A stretch of 32,000 nt of DNA. Source: Delftia acidovorans NBRC 14950. GTDB lineage: Bacteria > Pseudomonadota > Gammaproteobacteria > Burkholderiales > Burkholderiaceae_C. The translations under genes were made by a program, and so were the position numbers. Below are positions 1 through 8,251 of the stretch, one piece after another. The DNA lies in NCBI RefSeq assembly GCF_001598795.1, contig NZ_BCZP01000007.1, forward strand, positions 180,001 through 212,000. Direction: 5' to 3'. The notes below the pieces were generated by a model that saw nothing but the letters and a program-made list of their open reading frames with translations, did no database searches and was not told the DNA's origin. Positions within the stretch are counted from its first letter, which is position 1. Every line of letters starts with the position of its first letter.

Positions 1-1
1 C

Positions 2-1033
2 ATCGTCGATGTGGGCGTGGAGCACCTGAACAACGTGGCGGCAGGCGGCGGTCTCAGCCGCATGCCATCGACCACCAGCCTGGTGCCCTCGCGCTGGGGC
101 CTGCGCGGCAGCGAGGACCTGGGCGGCGGCCTCAAGGCCATCTACACGCTGGAGTCGGGCTTTGCGCCCGACCAGGGCACCTTCAACCAGGGCGGGCGCG
201 GCTTTGGGCGCCAAAGCTGGGTGGGACTGGGCGGCAACTGGGGCAGCCTGACCATGGGCCGCCAGAACTCCATGCTGTTCTGGTCACTGCTCGATTCGGA
301 CATCATCGGCCCGGCCGTCTTCGCCATGGGCTCGCTGGACGCCTACATTCCCAACTCGCGCGCCGACAACATGCTGGCCTGGCGCGGCAACTTCGGCGGC
401 CTGGCGCTGGGCGCGGGCTACAGCTTCGGGCGCGATGCCGTCAACGCAGGCCCCAGCCCCGCCGGCACCAACTGCCCGGGCGAGAGCGGATCGGACACGC
501 AGGCCTGCCGCCAGTGGTCGCTGTATGCCAAGTACGACACGCCCGTCTGGGGCCTGGCGCTGGGCTACGAACAGCAAAACGGCCGCACGCCGGCCTCGTC
601 CACCGACCCGGTGTTCGGCGGCATGAACTCCAGCGCCAAGCATGACGAGCGGCTGCACCTGGGCGGCTACTTCAAGCTGGCCGGCGTGAAGGTCGGCGGC
701 GGCCTGCTGCGCCGCGACAACGATGGCGACGCCGTCAAGCCGCGCAGCAACCTCTGGTACGTGGGCGCCTCGTACCCGGTCACCGAGGCGCTGGTGCTCG
801 AAACCCAATGGCTGACGCTGCGCTACCGCGGCGTGTCGGGCTACGACTCCGACCTGCTGGTGGCACGCGCCATCTACAACCTGTCCAAGCGCACGGCGGT
901 CTACACCCAGCTCGGCCACATCCGCAACGACCGCCTGGCCACCGTCTCGGTCAGCGGCGGCGCCCCGGGCAGCAACACCGCGCCGGGCCGCTCGCAGACC
1001 GGCATCAACGTCGGCATCCGCCACATGTTCTGA
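2..1033 (+). CDS. Outer-membrane general porin (Gram-negative porin family), 5' end cut by window edge
   Basis: The reading frame is open from nt 2; the GTG at 11 is only the first possible start in the ORF track. The sequence has an alternating Gly/Asn/Tyr-rich beta-strand pattern. Motifs LVPSRWGLRGSEDLGGGLKAIYTLESGF and RQSWVGL are typical of Burkholderiales Omp32/OmpC-like porins. It ends with the aromatic terminus GINVGIRHMF. Confidence 0.85.
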   Translation: MVDVGVEHLNNVAAGGGLSRMPSTTSLVPSRWGLRGSEDLGGGLKAIYTLESGFAPDQGTFNQGGRGFGRQSWVGLGGNWGSLTMGRQNSMLFWSLLDSDIIGPAVFAMGSLDAYIPNSRADNMLAWRGNFGGLALGAGYSFGRDAVNAGPSPAGTNCPGESGSDTQACRQWSLYAKYDTPVWGLALGYEQQNGRTPASSTDPVFGGMNSSAKHDERLHLGGYFKLAGVKVGGGLLRRDNDGDAVKPRSNLWYVGASYPVTEALVLETQWLTLRYRGVSGYDSDLLVARAIYNLSKRTAVYTQLGHIRNDRLATVSVSGGAPGSNTAPGRSQTGINVGIRHMF

Positions 1034-1083
1034 GCCTGTTCTTTCCAGCTTTTCCTTTTCTTCGATTTCACCAGGAGACATCC

Positions 1084-2076
1084 ATGCAGATGCATCGCCG
1101 TCATTTCGTCCAGGCCCTGGGCAGCGCCGCCGCCCTGGGGTCGCTGTCGCCACTGCAGGCCCTGGCCCAGGCGCTGGACCAGGTCAAGATCATGTACGGC
1201 TTTCCGGCAGGCAGCTCGGGCGACAGCGTGGCCCGCCGCGTGGCCGAGCGGCTGGGCGGCACGCCCTACAGCAAAGGGCCGGGCTTTGTGGAAAACAAGC
1301 CCGGCGCCGGTGGCCGCATCGCGGTGGAGGCCCTGAAGAACGCCCCGCCCAACGGCTCGGTGCTGGCGCTGGCGCCCGTGTCGGCCTTCTCGGTCTACCC
1401 GCACATCTACCCCAAGCTGACCTACAAGCCCGAGGACGCGATCCCCGTCTCCATCGGCGCCGTCATCTACCACGGCCTGGCCGTGGGGCCTGCCGTGCCG
1501 GCCGAGGTCAAGACCCTCAAGGACTTCCTGGCCTGGGCCAAGGCCCACCCCGACCGGGCCAACTTCGGCTCGCCGGGCGCGGGCTCCATGCCGCACCTGC
1601 TGGGCGCGCTGCTGAGCCTGCGATCGGGGGTGGAACTCAAGCACGCGCCCTATCGCGGCACCGTGCCCAGCATCACCGACCTGGTGGGCGGCCAGGTCGC
1701 GGCCACCATGAACCCCAGCGGCGACTACCTGCAATACCTGAAGGCCGGCCGCCTGCGCGTGCTGGCCACTTCGGGCAAGCAGCGCTCGCCCTTCCTGCCC
1801 GACGTGCCCACCTTCACCGAACTGGGCTTTCCCGATGTCACGGTGGAGGAATGGTTCGGCTTCTACGCTCCCGCCAAGACCCCGGCCACCACCATTGCCA
1901 ACGCCAACGCGGCCATCACGGCCGCGCTCAAGGACAAGGCCGTGATCGACGGGCTGGCCGCCCTGGGCCTGCTGGCGCGCGGCAGCACGCAGCAGGAAAT
2001 GGCGGCCGACCAGCAGGCCGAGTTCGAGCGCTGGAGTTCGCTGGTCAAGCAGATCGGGTTCACGGGCGAGTCCTGA
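1084..2076 (+). CDS. Bug/TctC-family tripartite tricarboxylate transporter substrate-binding protein (orphan, no tctA/tctB adjacent)
   Basis: ATG at 1084 is preceded by AGGAGA (1073-1078). The N-terminus is a Tat-like signal (MQMHRRHFVQALGSAAALGSLSPLQALAQA). Bug-family motifs are present: ENKPGAGG, GSPGAGSMPHL, APYRG. The longer 808 start of the ORF track is non-coding-looking. Confidence 0.9.
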   Translation: MQMHRRHFVQALGSAAALGSLSPLQALAQALDQVKIMYGFPAGSSGDSVARRVAERLGGTPYSKGPGFVENKPGAGGRIAVEALKNAPPNGSVLALAPVSAFSVYPHIYPKLTYKPEDAIPVSIGAVIYHGLAVGPAVPAEVKTLKDFLAWAKAHPDRANFGSPGAGSMPHLLGALLSLRSGVELKHAPYRGTVPSITDLVGGQVAATMNPSGDYLQYLKAGRLRVLATSGKQRSPFLPDVPTFTELGFPDVTVEEWFGFYAPAKTPATTIANANAAITAALKDKAVIDGLAALGLLARGSTQQEMAADQQAEFERWSSLVKQIGFTGES

Positions 2077-2122
2077 TCAGTCGGCGGCGGGCCCATTCCC
2101 CTTCACAGGACAAGGCCACACT

Positions 2123-2145
2123 CATGCAACAAATAATGTTGCATG
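2123..2145. promoter_or_regulatory. Perfect 9-bp inverted repeat CATGCAACA-N5-TGTTGCATG overlapping the Rrf2 start codon; candidate autoregulatory operator
   Basis: Read directly: catgcaaca aataa tgttgcatg. The right arm contains the ATG at 2143. It lies in a locally AT-rich patch in GC-rich DNA. Confidence 0.4.
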
Positions 2146-2628
2146 AAACAGAACAGCCAATTCTCGGACGTCCTCCATGTGCTGCTGCATATGGCCGAGG
2201 GCGATGGACCTGCCACCTCCGACATGCTCGCCGCCGCGCTGCAGACCAACCCGGTCGTGCTGCGCCGGTTGATGTCGGGCCTGCGCGATGCAGGCCTTGT
2301 CACCTCCGCCAAGGGCCATGGCGGGGGCTGGGTGCTTTCTTGCGATCTGGACCGCACCACGCTGCGCGACGTGCATGAGGCCCTGGGCGCGCCCGGCCTG
2401 GTGGCGCTGGGCTTCAGGGAAGACCGGCCCGGATGCCTGGTCGCCCAGGCCGTGAACGAAGCCTTGAGCAACGCGGTGCAGCAGGCCGAGGCCGCCCTGC
2501 TTGCACGCCTGGGCACGGTGACGCTGGCTGCCCTGTCCCAAGACTTCCACGCCCGCCTGGCCCGCCATCGCGCAGCAGGCGGCCAGGGGTGGCACCAACT
2601 GCAGGAGCACTCGCATGAAACACGTTGA
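2143..2628 (+). CDS. Rrf2-family transcriptional regulator
   Basis: The N-terminal wHTH pattern is MKQNSQFSDVLHVLLHMAEGDGPATSDMLAAALQTNPVVLRRLMSGLRDAGLVTSAKGHGGGWVL, typical of the YwnA-like Rrf2 subgroup. It overlaps the downstream gene by 14 nt. Confidence 0.85.
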   Translation: MKQNSQFSDVLHVLLHMAEGDGPATSDMLAAALQTNPVVLRRLMSGLRDAGLVTSAKGHGGGWVLSCDLDRTTLRDVHEALGAPGLVALGFREDRPGCLVAQAVNEALSNAVQQAEAALLARLGTVTLAALSQDFHARLARHRAAGGQGWHQLQEHSHETR

Positions 2629-3514
2629 TTTCGTCGTCATCGGCGGCAGCTATGCCGGCCTGTCCGCCGCGCTGCAACTGGCGCGTGCGCGCCGCCAGGT
2701 GCTGGTGGTCGATGCCGGGCTGCGGCGCAACCGCTTCGTGGACCAGGCCGGCGAGACATCGCACGGCTTTCTCACCCAGGATGGCGTGCCCCCCGCCCAG
2801 ATCGCCGCCCAGGCCCGGCAGCAGCTGATGGCCTACCCCACCGTGCAGTGGCTGGACGGCACGGCCGAAGACGCCCGCGTGGCGCCCGATGGCCGGCTGG
2901 AGTTCCATGCAGCGGGCACGGCCATCAGCGCTACCCGCCTCGTCCTGGCGCTGGGCGTGCATGACAGCCTGCCGCCCGTGCCGGGACTGGCCGAGCGCTG
3001 GGGCCGCAGCGTCTTTCACTGCCCGTACTGCCACGGCTACGAGATGAATGCAGGGCGCATCGGCATCATCGCCAGCTCGGCCCTGGCCCACCACCACGCC
3101 GTCATGCTGCCCGACTGGGGCCAGACCACGCTGCTGCTCAACGGTGCCTACACGCCCGGCGCCGAAGAACTTTCCACCCTTGCGCGCCGGGGCACCCAGG
3201 TGGAGACCACGCCCATCGCCCGCCTGGAAGGCCGGGCCGACGTGGTGCTGCAGGACGGCCGCCGCCTGTTGATGGACGGCCTGTTCACCCAGCCGCGCAC
3301 CCGCATCGCCAGCCCCGTGGCCGAACAGCTGGGCTGCGCCCTGCAAGAAGGCCCCATGGGCACCTTCATCAAGGTCGCGGAAGGCCAGGCGACCAGCGTC
3401 CCCAACGTGTTCGCCTGTGGCGACGCGGCCCGCGCGGCCGGCAACGTGGCCATGGCGGTGAGCGATGGCGCCATGGCAGGCATTGGCGCGCACCGGTCGA
3501 TGATGGGGTGGTGA
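2615..3514 (+). CDS. FAD-dependent pyridine-nucleotide-disulfide oxidoreductase, thioredoxin-reductase-like
   Basis: Contains a GxGxxG dinucleotide fold (DFVVIGGSYAGLSAALQLARA), a redox CxxC (HCPYCHGYE) and a C-terminal FAD motif (VFACGDAA). GGAG at 2604-2607 lies 7 nt upstream of the ATG. The last 4 codons and the stop lie inside an 11-bp tandem repeat. Confidence 0.85.
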   Translation: MKHVDFVVIGGSYAGLSAALQLARARRQVLVVDAGLRRNRFVDQAGETSHGFLTQDGVPPAQIAAQARQQLMAYPTVQWLDGTAEDARVAPDGRLEFHAAGTAISATRLVLALGVHDSLPPVPGLAERWGRSVFHCPYCHGYEMNAGRIGIIASSALAHHHAVMLPDWGQTTLLLNGAYTPGAEELSTLARRGTQVETTPIARLEGRADVVLQDGRRLLMDGLFTQPRTRIASPVAEQLGCALQEGPMGTFIKVAEGQATSVPNVFACGDAARAAGNVAMAVSDGAMAGIGAHRSMMGW

Positions 3515-3564
3515 TGGGGTGGTGATGGGGTGGTGATGGAGTGGTGATGGAGTGGTGATGGGGG
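3501..3564. repeat. Tandem repeat, 11-bp unit TGATGGGGTGG, about 5.8 copies (three TGATGGGGTGG, two TGATGGAGTGG, one partial)
   Basis: Read directly from 3501-3566. The array overlaps the stop codon (3512-3514) of the oxidoreductase CDS. It is G-rich on the + strand. Confidence 0.9.
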
Positions 3565-3642
3565 GCGGGCCTTGGGCCAGTGCATGGACGCAGATCAACT
3601 GCCCGCCGGACGATGCGTGGATACAACAACTTCCCATGCTAA

Positions 3643-3682
3643 CTAAATTCGTAAATATAATTAAGACTGATTCTCATTGACA
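3643..3682 (+). promoter_or_regulatory. AT-rich promoter region with a weak Fur-box-like element upstream of the TonB-dependent receptor
   Basis: ctaaattcgtaaatataattaagactgattctcattgac is a sharp AT-rich island. TATAAT sits at 3656-3661. TGATTCTCATT (3668-3678) matches 9 of 11 positions of the TGATAATCATT core of the Fur consensus. The full 19-mer match is only about 12/19 by eye. Confidence 0.35.
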
Positions 3683-3706
3683 TCTACAACATCAAGAGTC
3701 CAGTCC

Positions 3707-5858
3707 ATGCACACCACCAACGGCCGCGCGCTGCGGTTCAACTCCATTGTTCTGGCCATGCTGGCCGCCGGCGCCGGGTCCACGGCGATCGCACAGGATG
3801 CAGCGCAGGCGCCGGCCGCAACGACGCCGACGCTGTCGCAGATCGACGTGCGCGACAAGTACGAGCGCGAGGACCTGCCCACGCTGGCACCGGGGCGCAA
3901 GGCCGCCAAGGGTGCACGCCTGGGCATTCTGGGCGCCACCTCCATCGTGGACGCGCCGGTGCATGTCAACGCCTACACCCGCGAGCTGGCCGAGGACTGG
4001 TCCGCCCTGTCGCTGCAGGATGTGCTGGAAAACGATGCGGCCGTGGTCTTCACCACCAACAAGGGACACCTGCTGCAGAACTTCAACCTGCGCGGCCTGG
4101 ATGTGACCGCCATGGACATCGCCACCAACGGCCTGTACGGCGTGGCGCCGGCCAATTCGGTGCCCATCGAGATGTTCGAGCGCGTGGAGGTGATGCGCGG
4201 CCCCAACGTGCTGCTGTCCGGCATGCCGCCGCTGGCCAGCGTGGCCGGCTCCGTCAACATGGTCACCAAGCGCGCGCTGGCCCAGCCCATGGCGGACCTG
4301 ACGGCCACCTACGTCTCGGACTCCTACCTGCAGATGCATGCCGACGTGGGCAGGCGCTTCGGCCCCGAGCAGCGGCTGGGCCTGCGCTTCAACGGCGTCT
4401 ACGGCTCGGGCGACATGGGCGCCAAGGACGAGAGCCAGAAGCGCCGCGTGGGCGCCCTGGGCCTGGACTACCTGGGCGACAGGGCCCGCTTCTCGCTGGA
4501 CCTGTACAACAGCATCACCAAGATCGACGGCGGCAGCCCGGGCATGTTCAGCTTCCTGGGCAGCGCGGCCATCCCCGGCGTGGGCCGGCTGCTGGCACCG
4601 CCCAGCGGCGACGTGAATATGTTCCGCGGCACCCACGGCCAGTACGACAACAGCGGCCTGCTGGCGCGTGCCGAGGTGGACTTCACGCAGAACTGGCAGG
4701 GCTATTTCGCCTTCGGCGCCTCCGAGGCGCAGGGCAAGGGCCTGCTGTTCGGCACCCGCGCCATCGTCACGGGCCTGGACGGCACCACGCGCGGCGCCAT
4801 CTACAACGTGCATACCGAATCCGAGCGTCGCACGGCCGAGGCCGGCGTCATCGGCAAGCTGAGCACGGGCAGCGTGCAGCACCGTCTGCAACTGTCGTTC
4901 AACATCCTCAAGCACAAGGAAGGCACCTACAACACGGCCTGCAACTACTGCTACACCACCAACATGTACGAGCCGACGACGCCCACCTTCCCGGGCGCGC
5001 CGCAGTGGAAGGGCTACACCACCGAGAACGAATTCCGCTCGCTGGCCCTGGCCGACGTGATGAGCTTTGCCAACGACAAGGTGCTGCTGACGCTGGGCGC
5101 ACGCCACCAGACGGTGAAGACACCGCTGGTCAACGGCGTGTCGTCCAACTACAGCAAGAGCCGCGTCTCGCCCATGGCCGGCCTGGTCGTGCGGCCCTGG
5201 GGCGACAACGTCTCGCTGTACGCCAACTACACCGAAGGCCTGGAGCCCGGCCGCACCGTGGGCGCGGGCTTTGCCAACACCGGCGAGACCCTGGCGCCCA
5301 TGCAGACCAAGCAGGGCGAGGTGGGCGTGAAGCTGCAGGCGGGCCAGACCACGCACACGCTGAGCGCCTTCCGCATCGAAAAGCCGTCCATCATCACCAA
5401 CAGCGGCAATGCCCAGGTGCTCGATGGCGAGCAGCGCCTCAAGGGCCTGGAGTGGAGCGCCTTCGGCAAGCTCACGCAGACGCTGTCTCTGCTGGGCGGG
5501 GTGGAGTACATCAAGTCGCGCCAGATCAACTCCGGCCGTGAGAACTACGGCGTGCCCAAGCTGCGCGCGCATCGGCATCGACTGGGAAACGCCCGTGCAG
5601 GGCCTGTCGGTCGGCGGCCGCGTGCTGTACACCGGCTCGCAGTGGGTGGACTCCGGCAACAAGCTGCGCGCCCCGGCCTGGAACCGCTTCGACCTGATGG
5701 CCAAGTACGAGACCAGGTTCGGCGCCACGCCCGTGCGCTTCAATGCCAGCGTGGAGAACGTGACGGACAAGAACTACTGGATCGGCATGTTCACCGATGG
5801 CTTCGTCATGCCCGGCGCACCGCGCACCTTCCGGCTGTCGGCCACCGTGTCGTTCTGA
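3707..5858 (+). pseudogene. TonB-dependent siderophore receptor, disrupted by a +1 frameshift at about nt 5570
   Basis: Has a signal peptide (MHTTNGRALRFNSIVLAMLAAGAGSTAIAQ) and a plug motif (FERVEVMRGPN). The first frame loses all receptor character after ...NYGVPKLRA (nt 5569) and runs on as Arg/His-rich nonsense to 5866. The frame of ORF 5409..5858 continues IGIDWETPVQGLSVGGRVLY...NVTDKNYW...RTFRLSATVSF, with the canonical terminal Phe. Confidence 0.8.
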
Positions 5859-5881
5859 CCGCCTGACGCACTGCGCAGGCC

Positions 5882-5920
5882 ACCCGGCGGGGCGCATGTT
5901 GTGTCCCGCCGGGTCTTTTG
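5882..5920 (+). terminator. Rho-independent terminator-like hairpin after the receptor gene
   Basis: The stem is ACCCGGCGGG (5882-5891) paired with CCCGCCGGGT (5905-5914), with a 13-nt loop. It is followed by TCTTTTG. Confidence 0.6.
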
Positions 5921-5940
5921 CTTCCCACGATCGAATTTCC

Positions 5941-6213
5941 ATGCCGTTCTTCACCGTCGCCGGCCTGCTTGCCACCTCGCTGGCCTGCCTGTGCATCTAC
6001 GCCGCCTCGCCCAACCAGCGGCTATGGGCGGCCGCCTGGCCGCGCCGGCCTGCCCTCCTGGCCGGTGGCGGCCTGCTCGCAGCGGGCTGGCTGGCATTCG
6101 CCCAGGACATGCGGACGCTGGCCGCCACGTTCACCTGGCTCACCCTGCTGATGCTGGCCTTCGCCCTGCTGCCCTATATCGGAGCGCTGTTCCATGGCCG
6201 ACGCACACCCTGA
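5941..6213 (+). CDS. Small polytopic inner-membrane protein (DUF3325-like by memory of this conserved iron cluster)
   Basis: 90 aa with three hydrophobic segments (MPFFTVAGLLATSLACLCIYAASPNQRLW...). GC3-rich codons. It occupies the position between a TonB-dependent receptor and a PepSY protein that is typical for this family. Confidence 0.6.
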   Translation: MPFFTVAGLLATSLACLCIYAASPNQRLWAAAWPRRPALLAGGGLLAAGWLAFAQDMRTLAATFTWLTLLMLAFALLPYIGALFHGRRTP

Positions 6214-6532
6214 GGCCCGCCCGCGCAAGCCGGCCCCCATCCGGCCGGACTGGATCTCCAAGACCCTGGCCGGCCTGCTGCTGGGCCCGGGCCTGGCGAT
6301 CAGCGCCAGTGGCCTGCTGGCCGCCCTGCTGCACGGCATGCCGCTGGCAGTGAGCGGGCAGCTGGTCATGTGGCTGGTGCCGCCGGTCTGGCTGCTGGTG
6401 CAGTCCCTGGTGTATTTCTTTTCCAGCGGCCTGCGCGCCTGGGCCTGGCTGGGCGGGGCCAACGCGCTGGCCCTGGCCGCCTGGTGGCTGGTGCGCGCGG
6501 CAATGCACAGCAGCGCAGGAGGCCTGTCATGA
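6194..6532 (+). CDS. Small membrane protein (DUF3649-like iron-uptake accessory protein)
   Basis: 112 aa with hydrophobic helices (ISKTLAGLLLGPGLAISASGLLAALL, LVMWLVPPVWLLVQSLVYFF, LGGANALALAAWWLV). It overlaps the upstream gene by 20 nt and the downstream gene by ATGA, which indicates translational coupling. Confidence 0.6.
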   Translation: MADAHPEARPRKPAPIRPDWISKTLAGLLLGPGLAISASGLLAALLHGMPLAVSGQLVMWLVPPVWLLVQSLVYFFSSGLRAWAWLGGANALALAAWWLVRAAMHSSAGGLS

Positions 6533-8178
6533 GAGCCGACCACATCCGCATCTACAAATCCGTACACACCTGGACGGGCATCCTCAGCGGCATGGCCTTG
6601 TTCATCGCCTTCTACGCGGGTGCGCTGACGGTGTTCAAGGAACCCATCCGGCGATGGTCCACGCCGCCGGCCGCCGTGGTGCAGGCCGTGCCCATGGACG
6701 AGGTGCAGCCGCTGATCGCCCGGACCCTGGCCAGCACGCCGGCGGCCGCGCGCGGCGCCATCGTGCAGCTGCAGGGCGACAACGCCATACCGCGCCTGCA
6801 ATGGCAGGTGCGCGATCCCAAGGCCGACGACCATGACGAAAGCGCCGTACGCCACTACACGGCCCAGCTGTCGGCCGACGGCAGCGTGCAGATCAGCGAG
6901 CAGCGCCCGTCCCGCCTGGTGGAGTTCATCGACGTGCTGCACCGCGTGGTCGGCCTGCCCGTGGACTCGGACCCCAACCGTTGGATCATGGGCGCGATCT
7001 CGGCCCTGTACTTCCTGGCCCTGGTGTCGGGCGTGGTGATCCTGCTGCCCTCGCTGGTCAAGGACTTCTTCGCCCTGCGCGTGGGCAGGAACCTCAAGCG
7101 CATGTGGCTGGACGCGCACAACGTGGTGGGCATCGTCAGCCTGCCCTTTCACATCGTCATGGCCCTGAGCGCCGTGGTCTTCGCCTACCACGACCAGATC
7201 TTCGACGTGCAGGACAGGCTGATCCACGAAGGCAAATGGGCCCAGACCTTTGCGCGCCCCTCGGGCAAGGCCCCGGACGCGCCGGCACGCAATCCGGCCG
7301 ACATGCTCAAACCCTCGCAGCTGGTGGAGATCGTCAAGGCCGCCGCGCCCGGCTTCGAGCCCGAAAGACTGCAGTACGCCCAGGTCACCGGCCCCAAGCC
7401 CACCGTGCGCGTCTGGGGCAGGAATCCTCAGGCCGTATCGCCGCGCGCCGTGGGCGGCTTTGCCATGCTCGATCCGTACAGCGGCAAGCTGATCTCGGCC
7501 GACTACCTGTCAGGCGGACAGAGCACGCCCAACCTGTTCATCAGCAGCTTCTTCGCGCTGCACATGGCCTCCTTCGGCGGACTCGCGGTCTGGTGGCTGT
7601 ACTTCCTGCTGGGCCTGGCGGGCGCATGGCTGTTCTACGGCGGCAATCTGCTGTGGGTGGAGACGCGGCGCAAGGCCCAGCGCAAGGGCGCAGACTTGCC
7701 CGTGCAGCGGCGCGACACGGCCCTCATGGCCTCGGCCACCGTCGGCGTCTGCCTGGGCTGCGTGGCCGGCATTTCCGCCACCATTGCCGCCGCCAAGTGG
7801 CTGCCGGGCCGCGTCGATGACCTGGCCGCATGGCACATGGGCATCTACTACGCCGTGTTCTTCACCAGCGTGGCCTGGGCCTTCGTTCGCGGCGCGGCGC
7901 GCGCGGCCCCGCCCTTGCTGTGGCTGGCCGCTGCCTGCACGGCCGCGATCGCGCTGTCATCGCTGCTGGGCTGGCTGGCGCCAGGCACCGGCGCGTGGGT
8001 GGACACCTCGCTGATCGGCCTGGACCTGACGGCCGTGGCCGGCGTGCTGGCCCTGGCCTGGATGGCGCGTGCCACGGCACGGCGCACGCGCAGCGGCCCG
8101 CGGGACAGTGTGTGGTCCGCGCCGAGCGACAGGCCGGCGCATCAGGACACCAAGGACTCACCGGCACCGGCCAGCTGA
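6529..8178 (+). CDS. PepSY-associated transmembrane-helix protein (FoxB/PiuB-like putative ferric-siderophore reductase)
   Basis: ATG at 6529 is preceded by AGGAGG (6517-6522). The N-terminus MRADHIRIYKSVHTWTGILSGMALFIAFYAGALTVF is the hallmark start of PepSY_TM proteins. Conserved His residues lie in TM helices (HRVVG, LDAHNVVG). The 6370 start of the ORF track is rejected. Confidence 0.85.
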   Translation: MRADHIRIYKSVHTWTGILSGMALFIAFYAGALTVFKEPIRRWSTPPAAVVQAVPMDEVQPLIARTLASTPAAARGAIVQLQGDNAIPRLQWQVRDPKADDHDESAVRHYTAQLSADGSVQISEQRPSRLVEFIDVLHRVVGLPVDSDPNRWIMGAISALYFLALVSGVVILLPSLVKDFFALRVGRNLKRMWLDAHNVVGIVSLPFHIVMALSAVVFAYHDQIFDVQDRLIHEGKWAQTFARPSGKAPDAPARNPADMLKPSQLVEIVKAAAPGFEPERLQYAQVTGPKPTVRVWGRNPQAVSPRAVGGFAMLDPYSGKLISADYLSGGQSTPNLFISSFFALHMASFGGLAVWWLYFLLGLAGAWLFYGGNLLWVETRRKAQRKGADLPVQRRDTALMASATVGVCLGCVAGISATIAAAKWLPGRVDDLAAWHMGIYYAVFFTSVAWAFVRGAARAAPPLLWLAAACTAAIALSSLLGWLAPGTGAWVDTSLIGLDLTAVAGVLALAWMARATARRTRSGPRDSVWSAPSDRPAHQDTKDSPAPAS

Positions 8179-8251
8179 CCTGGCCGGCACGCCATGGGAG
8201 TGCGCAGGTGGGCCGGTTGCCTGGTGGGCCGGCCCATCCCCGCTGCTGGGT

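Noticed and set aside
808-1083. N-terminal extensions offered by the ORF track. These are 808 for the Bug gene, 6370 for PepSY, 11976 for the acyl-CoA synthetase, 13429 for the HExxH gene, 18563 for hrpA, 22734 for GntR, 25387 for aconitase and 29742 for the ligase.
   Set aside because: The extensions are Arg/Pro/Gly-rich, overlap neighbouring genes or intergenic repeats, and lack ribosome-binding sites. Internal Met codons coincide with SD sequences, signal peptides or the conserved family N-termini.
3501-3564. Possible CRISPR array or iterons (also considered for 8498-8541 and 11427-11473).
   Set aside because: The units are only 11 bp and directly abutting with no spacers, and no cas or rep genes are nearby. 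They are better described as short tandem repeats.
3148-3637. Minus-strand ORFs encoding repeated PITTPSPPHHH peptides, which look like a Pro/His-rich repeat protein.
   Set aside because: The peptide repeat is simply the reverse-complement translation of the 11-bp tandem array at 3501-3564, read in shifting frames. The rest of these ORFs are antisense to the flavoprotein gene.
5563-5575. Programmed ribosomal frameshift in the TonB-dependent receptor.
   Set aside because: There is no slippery heptamer, stimulatory SD or obvious downstream pseudoknot. The site is a GC dinucleotide run, so mutation, slippage or sequencing error is more parsimonious.
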